DNA of 64,000 bases. Source: a virus. Both the position numbers and the translations under genes were made by a program. The notes beneath the pieces are model-generated. The model did not search any database. It was not told the DNA's origin and saw nothing but the letters and a program-made list of their open reading frames with translations. The stretch lies in IMG/VR virus record IMGVR_UViG_3300030109_003751, positions 3,977 to 67,976 of that record; one strand, 5' to 3'. Each line of letters opens with the position of its first letter. Position 1 is the first letter of the stretch. Below are positions 17,834 to 27,131 of this stretch, in pieces.

Positions 17834-18298
17834 ATGAGTAAAATTTTAACACCTGATATAGTCAGGGAAGAATTAGAAAAAGACGGTATTATCTTCGGTT
17901 TAGAAGGTGATGACGCAAAAGAGGTGCTATTTAATGCATGGGAATGTGCACTTGATGTTAAAAGTTCTTGGGCTAATGGCGATGAGAGCTTAATTATATA
18001 TATGCAAAACACAGCTGATAACTATGAGGTGTATATATGTACAGATGACCATAACAACAATTTAAGTTGGGACCATGATGTTTATTACTATGAAGCTCAT
18101 GAAGATTGGATGGAAAGAGTAATTGATGAACTAAGACACGGTGGTTCTGTATGGATCGACGAAGTTATTTGGGAAGATATGGAATATGAAGCACAAAATG
18201 CTTGGAGATACGCTTATGAAGATTGGTTTTCAGGTATGTTTGATGATAAAAAAGATGAACTATTAGACAAAGGAAATTATGAAGACTATAAAGACTGA
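17834..18298 (+). CDS. Acidic hypothetical protein
   Basis: 154 aa, very D/E-rich with many aromatic residues. Confidence 0.65.
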   Translation: MSKILTPDIVREELEKDGIIFGLEGDDAKEVLFNAWECALDVKSSWANGDESLIIYMQNTADNYEVYICTDDHNNNLSWDHDVYYYEAHEDWMERVIDELRHGGSVWIDEVIWEDMEYEAQNAWRYAYEDWFSGMFDDKKDELLDKGNYEDYKD

Positions 18299-18563
18299 AA
18301 AAGAAGTAAAAAATAATTTACCTAAATGGTTTAAAGGAGAAGTATATCATCGAGGTGATATAGTGAGAAATCCATTTAGTGGAGAAGAATTTGAATTAAC
18401 CGCTGAAGAATTATCAATGTATGATTTTATAAAAGGTGCTGAATTTGTTATGCAAATGAATAAAGGTCACGTATCCACTAGTAAAATGATAGATGAGTTT
18501 CATAAAGGTATAAGATGGTTCTCTAAAAACAACATTAAAGCTTATATGGCTTTATTAGATTAA
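18279..18563 (+). CDS. Hypothetical protein
   Basis: 94 aa; NPFSGE...L...ELS.YD motif, ends YM.LLD. Confidence 0.65.
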   Translation: MKTIKTEKEVKNNLPKWFKGEVYHRGDIVRNPFSGEEFELTAEELSMYDFIKGAEFVMQMNKGHVSTSKMIDEFHKGIRWFSKNNIKAYMALLD

Positions 18564-18569
18564 CCCAAT

Positions 18570-18642
18570 TGACTTGTGGTGTAATTGGTAACACGTCTGG
18601 TTTTGGTCCAGAAGAGTCGAGGTTCGAACCCTTGCAAGTCAG
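18570..18642 (+). tRNA. tRNA-Gln(TTG)
   Basis: TGACTTG/CAAGTCA acceptor, TCTGG-TTTTGGT-CCAGA anticodon arm, TTCGAAC T-loop; no encoded CCA. Confidence 0.92.
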
Positions 18643-18656
18643 CTAAATATAATTAA

Positions 18657-18968
18657 ATGACAAAACAAGAATTTAATAAATTAAGTAAGTCTTTAGAAGA
18701 AATGGCTAAATCTGTCATGAAATCTAAAGGACCGGAATATACTCAAGAAGATGAAGATGTTCTTGCAAACTTTAAAAACACTGCTAGTAGATTAAATACT
18801 ACAGAGCTTAAGGTTTGGGGAGCGTTTTTTGATAAACAAATATCGAGTATATATGCGCATTTAAACAATGCGAATTTGAAAAAAGCAGAGACTATCGAAT
18901 CAAGGTTTGCCGATATAATAAACTATTGTCACCTTGGTTTAGCATTATTTAAAGAAAGACAACAATAA
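18657..18968 (+). CDS. Alpha-helical protein, possibly nucleotide-modification-associated NTP-PPase-like
   Basis: K..EY....D.LANF...A and R..DIINY motifs. Confidence 0.45.
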   Translation: MTKQEFNKLSKSLEEMAKSVMKSKGPEYTQEDEDVLANFKNTASRLNTTELKVWGAFFDKQISSIYAHLNNANLKKAETIESRFADIINYCHLGLALFKERQQ

Positions 18969-19135
18969 TGGGAATGTCTAAAGAAAACCTTATAGCTCTT
19001 TTACAAATATTAGAAAAAGACTATAAATTTAGAATTGAAGCGTCTTATCAAGAAGAAAACTCTGATAAATGGAGTAAATTTCATGAAGAAATAAGACAGC
19101 AAAGATTAACAATGCAAAAAGGTGGAATAAAATGA
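18968..19135 (+). CDS. Small hypothetical protein
   Basis: 55 aa, coupled by TAATG. Confidence 0.5.
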   Translation: MGMSKENLIALLQILEKDYKFRIEASYQEENSDKWSKFHEEIRQQRLTMQKGGIK

Positions 19136-19269
19136 GAAAATTTAACAACGAAGTCTTGTGGAGAGTTACAGTAGATGTAAATGGTAAACAAGAATATAAT
19201 ATAAATGAAAGTAATTATGATCAGTTATGTGATAAACTAACTGATATAATGATAAAAGAAACATTATGA
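19132..19269 (+). CDS. Small hypothetical protein
   Basis: 45 aa, ATGA overlap. Confidence 0.5.
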   Translation: MRKFNNEVLWRVTVDVNGKQEYNINESNYDQLCDKLTDIMIKETL

Positions 19270-19361
19270 CAGTATTAAACGAAGCAATTATGGTACTATC
19301 TATATTCGCTATAGGAATGGCGATTTTAATGTACATATTTGATAAACTAGATAATAAATAA
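19266..19361 (+). CDS. Small membrane peptide
   Basis: 31 aa with one hydrophobic helix, ATGA overlap. Confidence 0.45.
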   Translation: MTVLNEAIMVLSIFAIGMAILMYIFDKLDNK

Positions 19362-19363
19362 TT

Positions 19364-19807
19364 ATGGCAACAAGAGCATTAGTAAGAGTAATTCCTCGAC
19401 AAGAGGGACTATCTTATTCAGAAGGACACAAGCATGTTAGTAAAGCGTTATGTAACATGTATCATCACTATGATGGATACCCGGAATATTTAGGTGTAAA
19501 ATTAGCCAAATTTGTAAAAGATATAAAAATCAGTAATGGTTTAAGTACACAAGCTGATAATATTAAAATAGCAAATGGAGCAGGCTGTTTAGCTGCTAGT
19601 ATGATAGCACACTTTAAAACAGAAGCGGGTAATGTATATTTACATGCTTGTGAACAAGAAGAAGGTGGATGGGAGGAGTATATTTATACTTTATATCCTA
19701 AAGAAGGAGAACCAACTTGGATCTCTATTTATAAAACCTATGGAGATGAAGTAATTTTTGTAGGTAAAGCAGATAAATTAATTAAAAAATATGCCGAACC
19801 AGTCTAA
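19364..19807 (+). CDS. Conserved phage hypothetical protein
   Basis: MATR...YHHYDGYPEYLG motif. Confidence 0.7.
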   Translation: MATRALVRVIPRQEGLSYSEGHKHVSKALCNMYHHYDGYPEYLGVKLAKFVKDIKISNGLSTQADNIKIANGAGCLAASMIAHFKTEAGNVYLHACEQEEGGWEEYIYTLYPKEGEPTWISIYKTYGDEVIFVGKADKLIKKYAEPV

Positions 19808-20252
19808 AATTGATGAAATTTGCATGAAAAATGCCGAAGAATGGCGTAAATTAAGCAAATGTAATCGCAATAAAGTAGCGTGTGTTATTTATAACCCAAG
19901 TAATAATACTATTATATCTGTGGGTTATAATGGAACACCAAGCGGTTTTCCAAACGAGTGTGAAGGTGAACATGAAAATGCAGTAACTACACCTCAAGAA
20001 TATACTCATTGGTGGGTATTACACGCAGAAGCAAATGCTATTGTAAAAATGGCTAAAGATAAAGGGTCTAGTACAAAAGATACTTGGTTATATACCACTT
20101 GTAGTCCTTGTAAAGAATGTAGTAAATTAATAATTCAAGCAGAGATTAAAAGAGTTATATATAAAGAATTATATAGAGATGACCCAGAAAAAGCTATGCC
20201 GGGAATTTATCTTATGCAAGACGCTGGTATAGACGTTAGTCAAATGGAATAA
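19791..20252 (+). CDS. dCMP deaminase
   Basis: GYNG, HAEANA and PCKEC zinc motifs. Confidence 0.9.
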   Translation: MPNQSKIDEICMKNAEEWRKLSKCNRNKVACVIYNPSNNTIISVGYNGTPSGFPNECEGEHENAVTTPQEYTHWWVLHAEANAIVKMAKDKGSSTKDTWLYTTCSPCKECSKLIIQAEIKRVIYKELYRDDPEKAMPGIYLMQDAGIDVSQME

Positions 20253-20253
20253 T

Positions 20254-20283
20254 ACGAACTAAATACGATAATATATGGATAAT
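20254..20283 (+). promoter_or_regulatory. Putative early promoter P6
   Basis: ACGA-N6-TACGA-N7-TGGATAAT; ATG 7 nt downstream. Confidence 0.7.
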
Positions 20284-20289
20284 ATTAAT

Positions 20290-20571
20290 ATGACAGACGA
20301 TGAATTAAACTTATTAGCAGAAAAAGTACTAGATAGGTTAATTGAAGGTACTCAAAACTCTAGATGGCACCAAATGAGTTCACCAATGACTGTTGGAGAA
20401 CTATTAAAAGGACAATTGCCATTTAAAGAAAGTGAAGAAGAAATGTTAATAGCTGAACTAGCTAGATTAACTACACTACTAAACTTATATGAAAATAATG
20501 AAGAGTTTATGAAAGCGGCTATTATAAAAAGAAAATTAGAAATAATACAAAATAAATTAGACAAACTATGA
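20290..20571 (+). CDS. Hypothetical protein with UVR-like C-terminal helix
   Basis: EEFMKAAIIKRK; start moved downstream of P6. Confidence 0.55.
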   Translation: MTDDELNLLAEKVLDRLIEGTQNSRWHQMSSPMTVGELLKGQLPFKESEEEMLIAELARLTTLLNLYENNEEFMKAAIIKRKLEIIQNKLDKL

Positions 20572-21413
20572 ATATAAAACCAATGTTAGCTCACAAATTT
20601 GATGAAGCTAGAATAGATTTTAAAAAAGATGTAGTATACATGCAACCCAAACTAGATGGCGTTCGCTGTCTGTTTACTAAAGACGGTGCGTTTTCTCGTA
20701 CTGGTAAACAATTCATGAATATACAACATATTGAAGAATCTCTAAAAGATTACTTCAAACAAAACCCTGCTATGGTATTAGATGGTGAGTTATATAATCA
20801 CGATTTAAAAGATGATTTTGAAAAAATAATATCATTAGTCAGAAAACAAAAACCAACAGACGAGGACAGGTCTGAGGCACGTAGATTAACACAATATCAC
20901 GTGTACGACTATACTAATATACTTATGAATAACATGGTTAATTATAGGTATAGATTAGATCAGTTAACTTGTTCTAACTTATACAATGATAGTATACACT
21001 ATGTTGAAAGTAGAAGAGTTAAAACTATGAAACAAGCAAAAGATTTTCATACAAGAAAGTTAAATGAAGGATATGAAGGTTCTATACTAAGAACTGATAC
21101 ACCGTATAAACATGGTAGATCTTTTGGCTTAATGAAATTTAAAGATTTTTCCGATACCGAGGCAACTATTATCGGATACGAAGTAGGTAAAGGCAAAAGA
21201 ACTGGTACACTAGGTAAGTTCTTAATGCAAGATGATGATGGTATTAAATTTGGTTGCCCACCAGGTAAAGGTTATACGTATAAAGATTTAACTGCAATGC
21301 TAAACAATGTTGCAGATTATATTGGTAAACGTGCAACTTTTACTTATTTTCAAAGAACTAAAGCAGGTTCATATAGACACCCGCTTTATAAATGTATAAG
21401 AAACTACGAATGA
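20568..21413 (+). CDS. ATP-dependent DNA ligase
   Basis: PKLDGVR (KxDG), LDGEL, EG.ILR and LMKFK motifs. Confidence 0.93.
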   Translation: MNIKPMLAHKFDEARIDFKKDVVYMQPKLDGVRCLFTKDGAFSRTGKQFMNIQHIEESLKDYFKQNPAMVLDGELYNHDLKDDFEKIISLVRKQKPTDEDRSEARRLTQYHVYDYTNILMNNMVNYRYRLDQLTCSNLYNDSIHYVESRRVKTMKQAKDFHTRKLNEGYEGSILRTDTPYKHGRSFGLMKFKDFSDTEATIIGYEVGKGKRTGTLGKFLMQDDDGIKFGCPPGKGYTYKDLTAMLNNVADYIGKRATFTYFQRTKAGSYRHPLYKCIRNYE

Positions 21414-21919
21414 ATATATTTTACTTAGATAAATGTCCTGATAAAGCAGCTAGACTACAATATAATAAGCATGTTGTTAAGATGATATTAGAATCAGCTC
21501 AAATGCTGTGTGCTGCGCATCATGTGATAGGTAATCCTGATGACGCACCATATAAATTGGCACATAAAAATCATCCGTCAACTATATGGGTTAGAGAATC
21601 TATACATCATTATGATTGGTTATGGAATCATATGATAGCATTAGGTGATGAATACACGAAGCGTTATGGTAAAACACATTTATCAATAACTAAAATGAAT
21701 GATTATAATATGTATTGGGCTCCATTAAACATGCCTAATACAGAATTTAAACAACCTCCACAGTGTATGCCCGAAGAATTTAAGCGTGATTGTGCTATAC
21801 ACGCGTACTGGCTATATTATGTATACGACAAGAAAACTATAGCGCATAACAAAGAATCAATATATGATACTAAATACATTAAAAGTACTTTTGGTTACAG
21901 CGACGATCTATCATGCTGA
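21410..21919 (+). CDS. Pyrimidine-dimer DNA glycosylase-like protein
   Basis: MNIFYLD, KHVVKMILESAQML, HKNHPST.W and RYGK.H motifs. Confidence 0.7.
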   Translation: MNIFYLDKCPDKAARLQYNKHVVKMILESAQMLCAAHHVIGNPDDAPYKLAHKNHPSTIWVRESIHHYDWLWNHMIALGDEYTKRYGKTHLSITKMNDYNMYWAPLNMPNTEFKQPPQCMPEEFKRDCAIHAYWLYYVYDKKTIAHNKESIYDTKYIKSTFGYSDDLSC

Positions 21920-22205
21920 TCCTGCACAAACTGATGATACACCGTTTATAACGGCATCAGGTGCACATATTAACCCAGAAAATCCTCAAGGTCATAGATG
22001 GATAGCAGTATCCAGAGATTTAGAGGGTGAAGGGTTAACATTTGGCGTGAAAGTAAAAATTTCAGGAGCAGGTCATTTAGATGGCGTGTGGACTGTACAA
22101 GATAGAATGAATGAAAGGTGGAATCATCGAATTGATTTTTTAGTTAATAAAAAATTAAAAGGTGGTAAATGGGAAAAAGTTGAAGTTGAAATACTGAGAC
22201 AATAG
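21864..22205 (+). CDS. 3D-domain protein (putative peptidoglycan glycosidase)
   Basis: QTDDTPFITASG, IAVSRD, VQD.MN and RIDF (three conserved Asp). Confidence 0.75.
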   Translation: MILNTLKVLLVTATIYHADPAQTDDTPFITASGAHINPENPQGHRWIAVSRDLEGEGLTFGVKVKISGAGHLDGVWTVQDRMNERWNHRIDFLVNKKLKGGKWEKVEVEILRQ

Positions 22206-22240
22206 GCTTTAAATAATAAATAAGTAATAGGCTAATGTCA
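22197..22240. promoter_or_regulatory. Spaced inverted repeat (copy 2) overlapping the start of the HTH gene
   Basis: AGACAATAGG-N24-GCTAATGTCA; shares the 14-mer ATAGGCTAATGTCA with 14223-14236. Confidence 0.55.
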
Positions 22241-22840
22241 CAAGATAGAAACATAAAGTGGTTAAATGATAGAAAGATTATTTATAGGAGTTTTCCTATT
22301 AATGATAAACCTACCATAGAAACAAATCAGTATATGTATTACGAGAATGGTACTTATGAGTGCTATACATTGTTTAATACACGTGCGAAGATTACTACTT
22401 ATAAATCTCTTAAGTGGCATTTCCTAGTACTTTATTATTTAAATGATGAAATAAATTTAAAGCATATCTTTAGATTTATAGCAGATAAAGAAAATGGTTT
22501 TGTTACATTTTTTATTAAGCAAAAATTATTAGATAGCATGATAATAGATGTATTAAAACAAGGTGGTGAGCCACCAGTAAATAAAATTCGTAAAGTTATA
22601 TTTAAAGACTTTAGCGGGTTAACACTAAGTGAAAAACTTAGTATTGTAGGTAAGTTAATAGGTAGATCAAGCATAGACACTGAAATGATATATCATACAA
22701 TGTTAGATTTAAACGACATGAGTAAGAAGATTACTGTAGGTCGAATTGCAGGTTTGCTTAACTGTTCTACAAGAACTATTTATCGTCACATGTGTGATGA
22801 ATTAAAACAAGAAAAACAAATTTTAAACAATCAATTATGA
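22235..22840 (+). CDS. DNA-binding protein with C-terminal HTH
   Basis: ITVGRIAGLLNCSTRTIYRHM. Confidence 0.7.
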   Translation: MSQDRNIKWLNDRKIIYRSFPINDKPTIETNQYMYYENGTYECYTLFNTRAKITTYKSLKWHFLVLYYLNDEINLKHIFRFIADKENGFVTFFIKQKLLDSMIIDVLKQGGEPPVNKIRKVIFKDFSGLTLSEKLSIVGKLIGRSSIDTEMIYHTMLDLNDMSKKITVGRIAGLLNCSTRTIYRHMCDELKQEKQILNNQL

Positions 22841-23595
22841 AAAAATATAATATAGAAAATTATATTAGGTATAAAGAAGATTTATCTTCTGTTATGCCAA
22901 AAGATCAAGATTGGGAAAGTTATACGAGAAATGAATTAATTACTAAATTCATGCCTTTGGTTGAAAACCTAGCTCGTAAATTTTCTACAGCTCAACAAGC
23001 ATCAGGTGTAATGGATATTACAGATTTAATTCAATGTGGGAATGAGGCTTTAACTCGTGCTACAGATAAATTAGATTTTAACTTATTAAAAGAGTCTGAC
23101 GATGTTGAGAAAACTTTAAAATCATTTTTTAGTAAAAGAGTTAAAGGAGCTATTAGGAGACAAATTGACATCAATAGAGGTGACATGAGAATTCCTGAGC
23201 ACAAATTAAATGAAATAAGAAAAGATAACGGTAAAGATAAAAGGATGGTTGAGATGTTTTTTAATTCTATATTTTTAAGTATAGATGCTCAACCAAAAGA
23301 TCATGATGGGGATAATTTATTATATCAAATTCCTGATAAATCAGAGCCTTATAACATTCATTTATTAAATGCTTATTTAACAAGTTTATTAAAGAAAAAC
23401 TTAACAGGAAGTGAGTACGAGGTTTTAAGACTAAGTTATGGGTTGGATTGTGAAAAACATTCCGCTAAACAAATAGCTGAAAAATTAAATATTACTGGAA
23501 CTAGTGATTATGTTAGAATATCAGAACTCAAAAAACAAGCAGTTCAAAAATTAATTGATAACGTAGATCACTCTCAAGTACTTGATTACCTGTAA
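22837..23595 (+). CDS. Phage RNA polymerase sigma-70 family factor
   Basis: Region 2 (PLVENLARKF...DLIQ.G), RIP motif and region 4 (EVLRLSYGL...QIAEKL). Confidence 0.88.
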   Translation: MKKYNIENYIRYKEDLSSVMPKDQDWESYTRNELITKFMPLVENLARKFSTAQQASGVMDITDLIQCGNEALTRATDKLDFNLLKESDDVEKTLKSFFSKRVKGAIRRQIDINRGDMRIPEHKLNEIRKDNGKDKRMVEMFFNSIFLSIDAQPKDHDGDNLLYQIPDKSEPYNIHLLNAYLTSLLKKNLTGSEYEVLRLSYGLDCEKHSAKQIAEKLNITGTSDYVRISELKKQAVQKLIDNVDHSQVLDYL

Positions 23596-23600
23596 GTTAT

Positions 23601-23624
23601 GTAAATCATGTTAATAACATGTAA
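23601..23624 (+). promoter_or_regulatory. Putative phage-sigma promoter for replication genes
   Basis: GTAAATCATGTTAATAACATGTAA directly after the sigma gene. Confidence 0.5.
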
Positions 23625-23656
23625 TTATTATAATAAGCAAATTTAAACACAAACGA

Positions 23657-24178
23657 ATGAACATAAACGAAAAATTAGCTAATATTCAAACCAAATTTAA
23701 ATCTAAAAAATCTAGATTTAACAGCTTCGGCAAATATTACTTCAGATCAGCCGAAGACATTCTCGAAAGCATAAAGCCCTACTTATTAGAGTATGGAGTT
23801 ACAGTAGTAATAAATGAAAAATTCATTAAGGATAGAGATGTTGTTATACTTAAATCAACAGCAACTTTAATTGATGAAAAAGGAATGCGTATTGCTGCAA
23901 CCGCTATAGTAGGAGTTGATCTTGAACAGAAAGGTATGCAAATGCCACAACGATTTGGAACAGCATCTTCATATGGAAAAAAATATGCCCTAGGTAATTT
24001 ATTTCTAATTGATGATACGCAAGACAGCGATGCAATTAATACGCATGGTAAAGCAATGTCTGACGATCAAATTAAGGCAGCAAAGCAATTTGTGAAAGCT
24101 GGTGGTACGATTGAAGCTATTAAAAAGAAGTATAAAGTAAACCCTCAATTAGAAAAGGAACTAACGACACTAAAATGA
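23657..24178 (+). CDS. ERF-family single-strand annealing protein
   Basis: FG.Y.FRS.EDI...KP and Q.FG.ASSY.KKYAL..LF.IDD..D.D. Confidence 0.8.
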   Translation: MNINEKLANIQTKFKSKKSRFNSFGKYYFRSAEDILESIKPYLLEYGVTVVINEKFIKDRDVVILKSTATLIDEKGMRIAATAIVGVDLEQKGMQMPQRFGTASSYGKKYALGNLFLIDDTQDSDAINTHGKAMSDDQIKAAKQFVKAGGTIEAIKKKYKVNPQLEKELTTLK

Positions 24179-24906
24179 GAAAAACAGACATCTTGAAAAA
24201 GCTCCGTGATGATGAACATTATTACGGAGACTTTGGAAAGAAATATTTGAGTAATTCAGATATATCTACATTACTTAAAAACCCTTTAGCATTAGGAAAA
24301 CCAATGAAGCCTTCACCAGCTTTTTTGGTAGGTAGTTATTTTCATACGGCTATTTTAGAACCTAATAAACTTAAAAAGTTTAAAGTTGTAAAATCAACCA
24401 CAAGAAATACTAAAATGTATAAAGAGATAACTGGCGGTGAACTTTGTTTATTACAATCAGAAGTTGATCAAATTGAATTAATGACTGAGAAAATATTAAA
24501 CAATAATATATGTAAAGATCTTATACAAGGTAAAAATATTACATATGAAGAACCAGGTATTACAGAACTTGAAGGAGAAATGTGGAAAGGCAAAGCAGAT
24601 ATTATAAATAAAAATGAAAAATTAATAATTGATTTAAAAACGACCGCAGATATTTCAAAATTTAAGTGGTCTGCTTCTAAATACAATTACGATTCACAAG
24701 CTTATATTTATAGTAAACTATTTGGCTATGAGATGTTATTTATTGTTATAGATAAAACAACTCATCAAATAGGTTTGTTTGATTGTTCCCCTGAATTTTA
24801 TAATAGAGGAGCAGAAAAAGTAAAACAAGCTGTTGATCAATACAAGCTATTCTTTAAGTCTGAGGGATTTGATCCCAATCAATTTTTTATTAACAAAACA
24901 CTTTAA
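24175..24906 (+). CDS. PD-(D/E)XK exonuclease (RecE/DUF3799-like)
   Basis: LS.S, G..FH.AILEP, KGKAD, IDLKT and Y..QA..Y. Confidence 0.8.
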   Translation: MRKTDILKKLRDDEHYYGDFGKKYLSNSDISTLLKNPLALGKPMKPSPAFLVGSYFHTAILEPNKLKKFKVVKSTTRNTKMYKEITGGELCLLQSEVDQIELMTEKILNNNICKDLIQGKNITYEEPGITELEGEMWKGKADIINKNEKLIIDLKTTADISKFKWSASKYNYDSQAYIYSKLFGYEMLFIVIDKTTHQIGLFDCSPEFYNRGAEKVKQAVDQYKLFFKSEGFDPNQFFINKTL

Positions 24907-24915
24907 TTTAATATT

Positions 24916-25083
24916 ATGGCAAGAACTAGAAAAAGAACCTGTGACGTAACAGGTATGACTACAAGCACTAACAATTTTTACACGAATCAATCTCATGTAA
25001 AAGCTGTTGACAATTTAAGAAGATTAACTGGAGCTAATAAGATTCAGTTAACTAGAATGTTTAACCAATTAAACGCATATTAA
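24916..25083 (+). CDS. Small hypothetical protein
   Basis: Manual translation, 55 aa, MARTRKRTCDVTG...; fills the gap between neighbours. Confidence 0.6.
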   Translation: MARTRKRTCDVTGMTTSTNNFYTNQSHVKAVDNLRRLTGANKIQLTRMFNQLNAY

Positions 25084-25084
25084 T

Positions 25085-25405
25085 ATGGCATCAATAATTA
25101 AAGCTAGTATTAACCTTAGTAATATCGATAAATCAAAAATTATCGAAGGAAAAAAAGGAAAATACTTACCCATTAGTATAACTATTAATGATGAGGTTGA
25201 TCAATTTGGAAATCAAGGTCCAGTGATTATATCTCAAACAAAAGAAGAACGAGATAATAAAACTGCTAAAGTTTATTTAGGTAACGTTCAAGTAGTTTGG
25301 ACTAACGGGGACAACGTATCAGTTGCTCCAAGAGATGACGCTCCAAAAGCAACACAACAAAAACAAGAAGACAAAGTACAAGTAGGAGAAGACCTACCAT
25401 TTTAA
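25085..25405 (+). CDS. Putative single-stranded DNA-binding protein
   Basis: GKKGKYL...D.FGN core, acidic tail EDLPF, next to primase-helicase. Confidence 0.65.
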   Translation: MASIIKASINLSNIDKSKIIEGKKGKYLPISITINDEVDQFGNQGPVIISQTKEERDNKTAKVYLGNVQVVWTNGDNVSVAPRDDAPKATQQKQEDKVQVGEDLPF

Positions 25406-25418
25406 TATAATTTAATAT

Positions 25419-27131
25419 ATGCAAACAGAGATCAATGGATTTTTGATTGATGATTTCAATCAATACAACCTTAAGGTGAAAGATAAACAAGGGATTTGTC
25501 CTTTGTGTTCACATGATAGGAAACCCGAACATAGGAAACTTAAATGTTCTTCTTATGATTGGGAACGGGGTCTCGGTACTTGTCACAATTGTAATACAAC
25601 TTTTCAACTACATACTTACCAACGTAAGGGAAGTAGTGAAAAAGAATATATCAGACCTGACTTTTCTACTCAAACGCATAAAGCGCCAACTAGCAAAGTA
25701 CTACAATGGTTTGATAGTAGAGGTATATCTCAAAGGACTCTTGAAGACTTAAATGTTTCTGAGGGTCCTGAGTATATGCCACAAACCGGAAAGACCGAGA
25801 ACACAATTAAATTTAATTACACAATAGGTAATGAACTTATTAATATTAAATACCGCGACGGCAGAAAGAATTTCAAACTATATAAAGGGGCTGAGAAAGT
25901 ATTTTATAATATTAATAGTATAGTTGGTTATAATAATTGTGTAATAACAGAGGGTGAAATGGACGTATTAGCGTTTCATGAAGCCGGTGTTAAAAATGTT
26001 ATATCAGTTCCTAATGGAGCAACTATAACTAATAATAATTTAGACTATCTTGACAACTGTATAGATTATTTTGAAGACAAAGAAAAAATAATTTTAGCAG
26101 TAGATTCAGATGCGGCTGGACAAACATTACAACAAGAGCTAGTTAGAAGACTAGGTGCTGAAGTATGTTTTATAGCAGATTTAGAAGATTGTAAAGATGC
26201 TAATGAATACTTATTAAAATATGGAAAAGAAAAATTGGCGGAGCGTGTTACGCAAGCAAATCCAGTACCGCTCGAAAACGTTACAACGTTTAGAGACATC
26301 GAAGGAGAAATTACTGATTTTGTTACCCACGGGTTTAAACCAGGTTATCAAATCGGTTTACCAAACTTTGACAGGATTTTTTCAACTTATACATCCCAGT
26401 TTATTACTGTTACTGGTATACCTAGTAGTGGTAAGTCTGATTTTGTTGATCAAATGGTCATAGGTTATAACCAAAACTATGGATGGAAAACAGCGTATGC
26501 TTCACCAGAAAATGCACCTACACATTTACACGCTCATAAACTTATGAGAAAAATATGGGGACAAATGCCTAATAAAGGAGACATTGGAAGCAAGAGATGG
26601 AATGAAGTAGCAGATCATATAAATGATAACTTCTTTTTTATAGACATGGACCGATATACTTTAGATTCAGTATTAAGAAAAGGTGCTGAATTAGTTAAAC
26701 GTAAAGGTATTAAATGTTTAGTAATAGATCCGTATAATAAGGTAAGAGATGTAAATAGTAAAACAGAGGATGTGAATAGGTATACTATGGAATATTTAAC
26801 AAAAATAGAAACTTTTTGTAAAAAATATGACGTGTTAACTTTTATTGTCGCGCATCCAACTAAAATGTATAAAGACAAAGATGGTAAAATGGAAGAGCCG
26901 AACATGTACAATATTAAAGGTGGTGGCGAGTGGTACGATGCTAGCTATCACGGCATATTGGTTCACAGGAATTATGAAGAAAAAACTACAAAAGCAAAAG
27001 TCCTTAAAGTAAAATTTCAAAACTTAGGGGAAAATGGTGCTGAGGCTTATTTTAAATGGGAACCAGGATCCGGTAGATTTTTACCTCATGAATCTGTTTC
27101 ATTAGACAATGAAAAACTACCCTGGGAATGA
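25419..27131 (+). CDS. Primase-helicase (T7 gp4/Twinkle-like)
   Basis: CPLC...CHNC zinc ribbon, TOPRIM (EGEMD, DSD..G), Walker A GIPSSGKS, IDP and VAHP. Confidence 0.93.
   Translation: MQTEINGFLIDDFNQYNLKVKDKQGICPLCSHDRKPEHRKLKCSSYDWERGLGTCHNCNTTFQLHTYQRKGSSEKEYIRPDFSTQTHKAPTSKVLQWFDSRGISQRTLEDLNVSEGPEYMPQTGKTENTIKFNYTIGNELINIKYRDGRKNFKLYKGAEKVFYNINSIVGYNNCVITEGEMDVLAFHEAGVKNVISVPNGATITNNNLDYLDNCIDYFEDKEKIILAVDSDAAGQTLQQELVRRLGAEVCFIADLEDCKDANEYLLKYGKEKLAERVTQANPVPLENVTTFRDIEGEITDFVTHGFKPGYQIGLPNFDRIFSTYTSQFITVTGIPSSGKSDFVDQMVIGYNQNYGWKTAYASPENAPTHLHAHKLMRKIWGQMPNKGDIGSKRWNEVADHINDNFFFIDMDRYTLDSVLRKGAELVKRKGIKCLVIDPYNKVRDVNSKTEDVNRYTMEYLTKIETFCKKYDVLTFIVAHPTKMYKDKDGKMEEPNMYNIKGGGEWYDASYHGILVHRNYEEKTTKAKVLKVKFQNLGENGAEAYFKWEPGSGRFLPHESVSLDNEKLPWE

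Noticed and set aside
14470-20283. CRISPR-like array from the repeated motif
   Set aside because: Copies are 0.1-3 kb apart, internally variable and separated by genes; no cas genes
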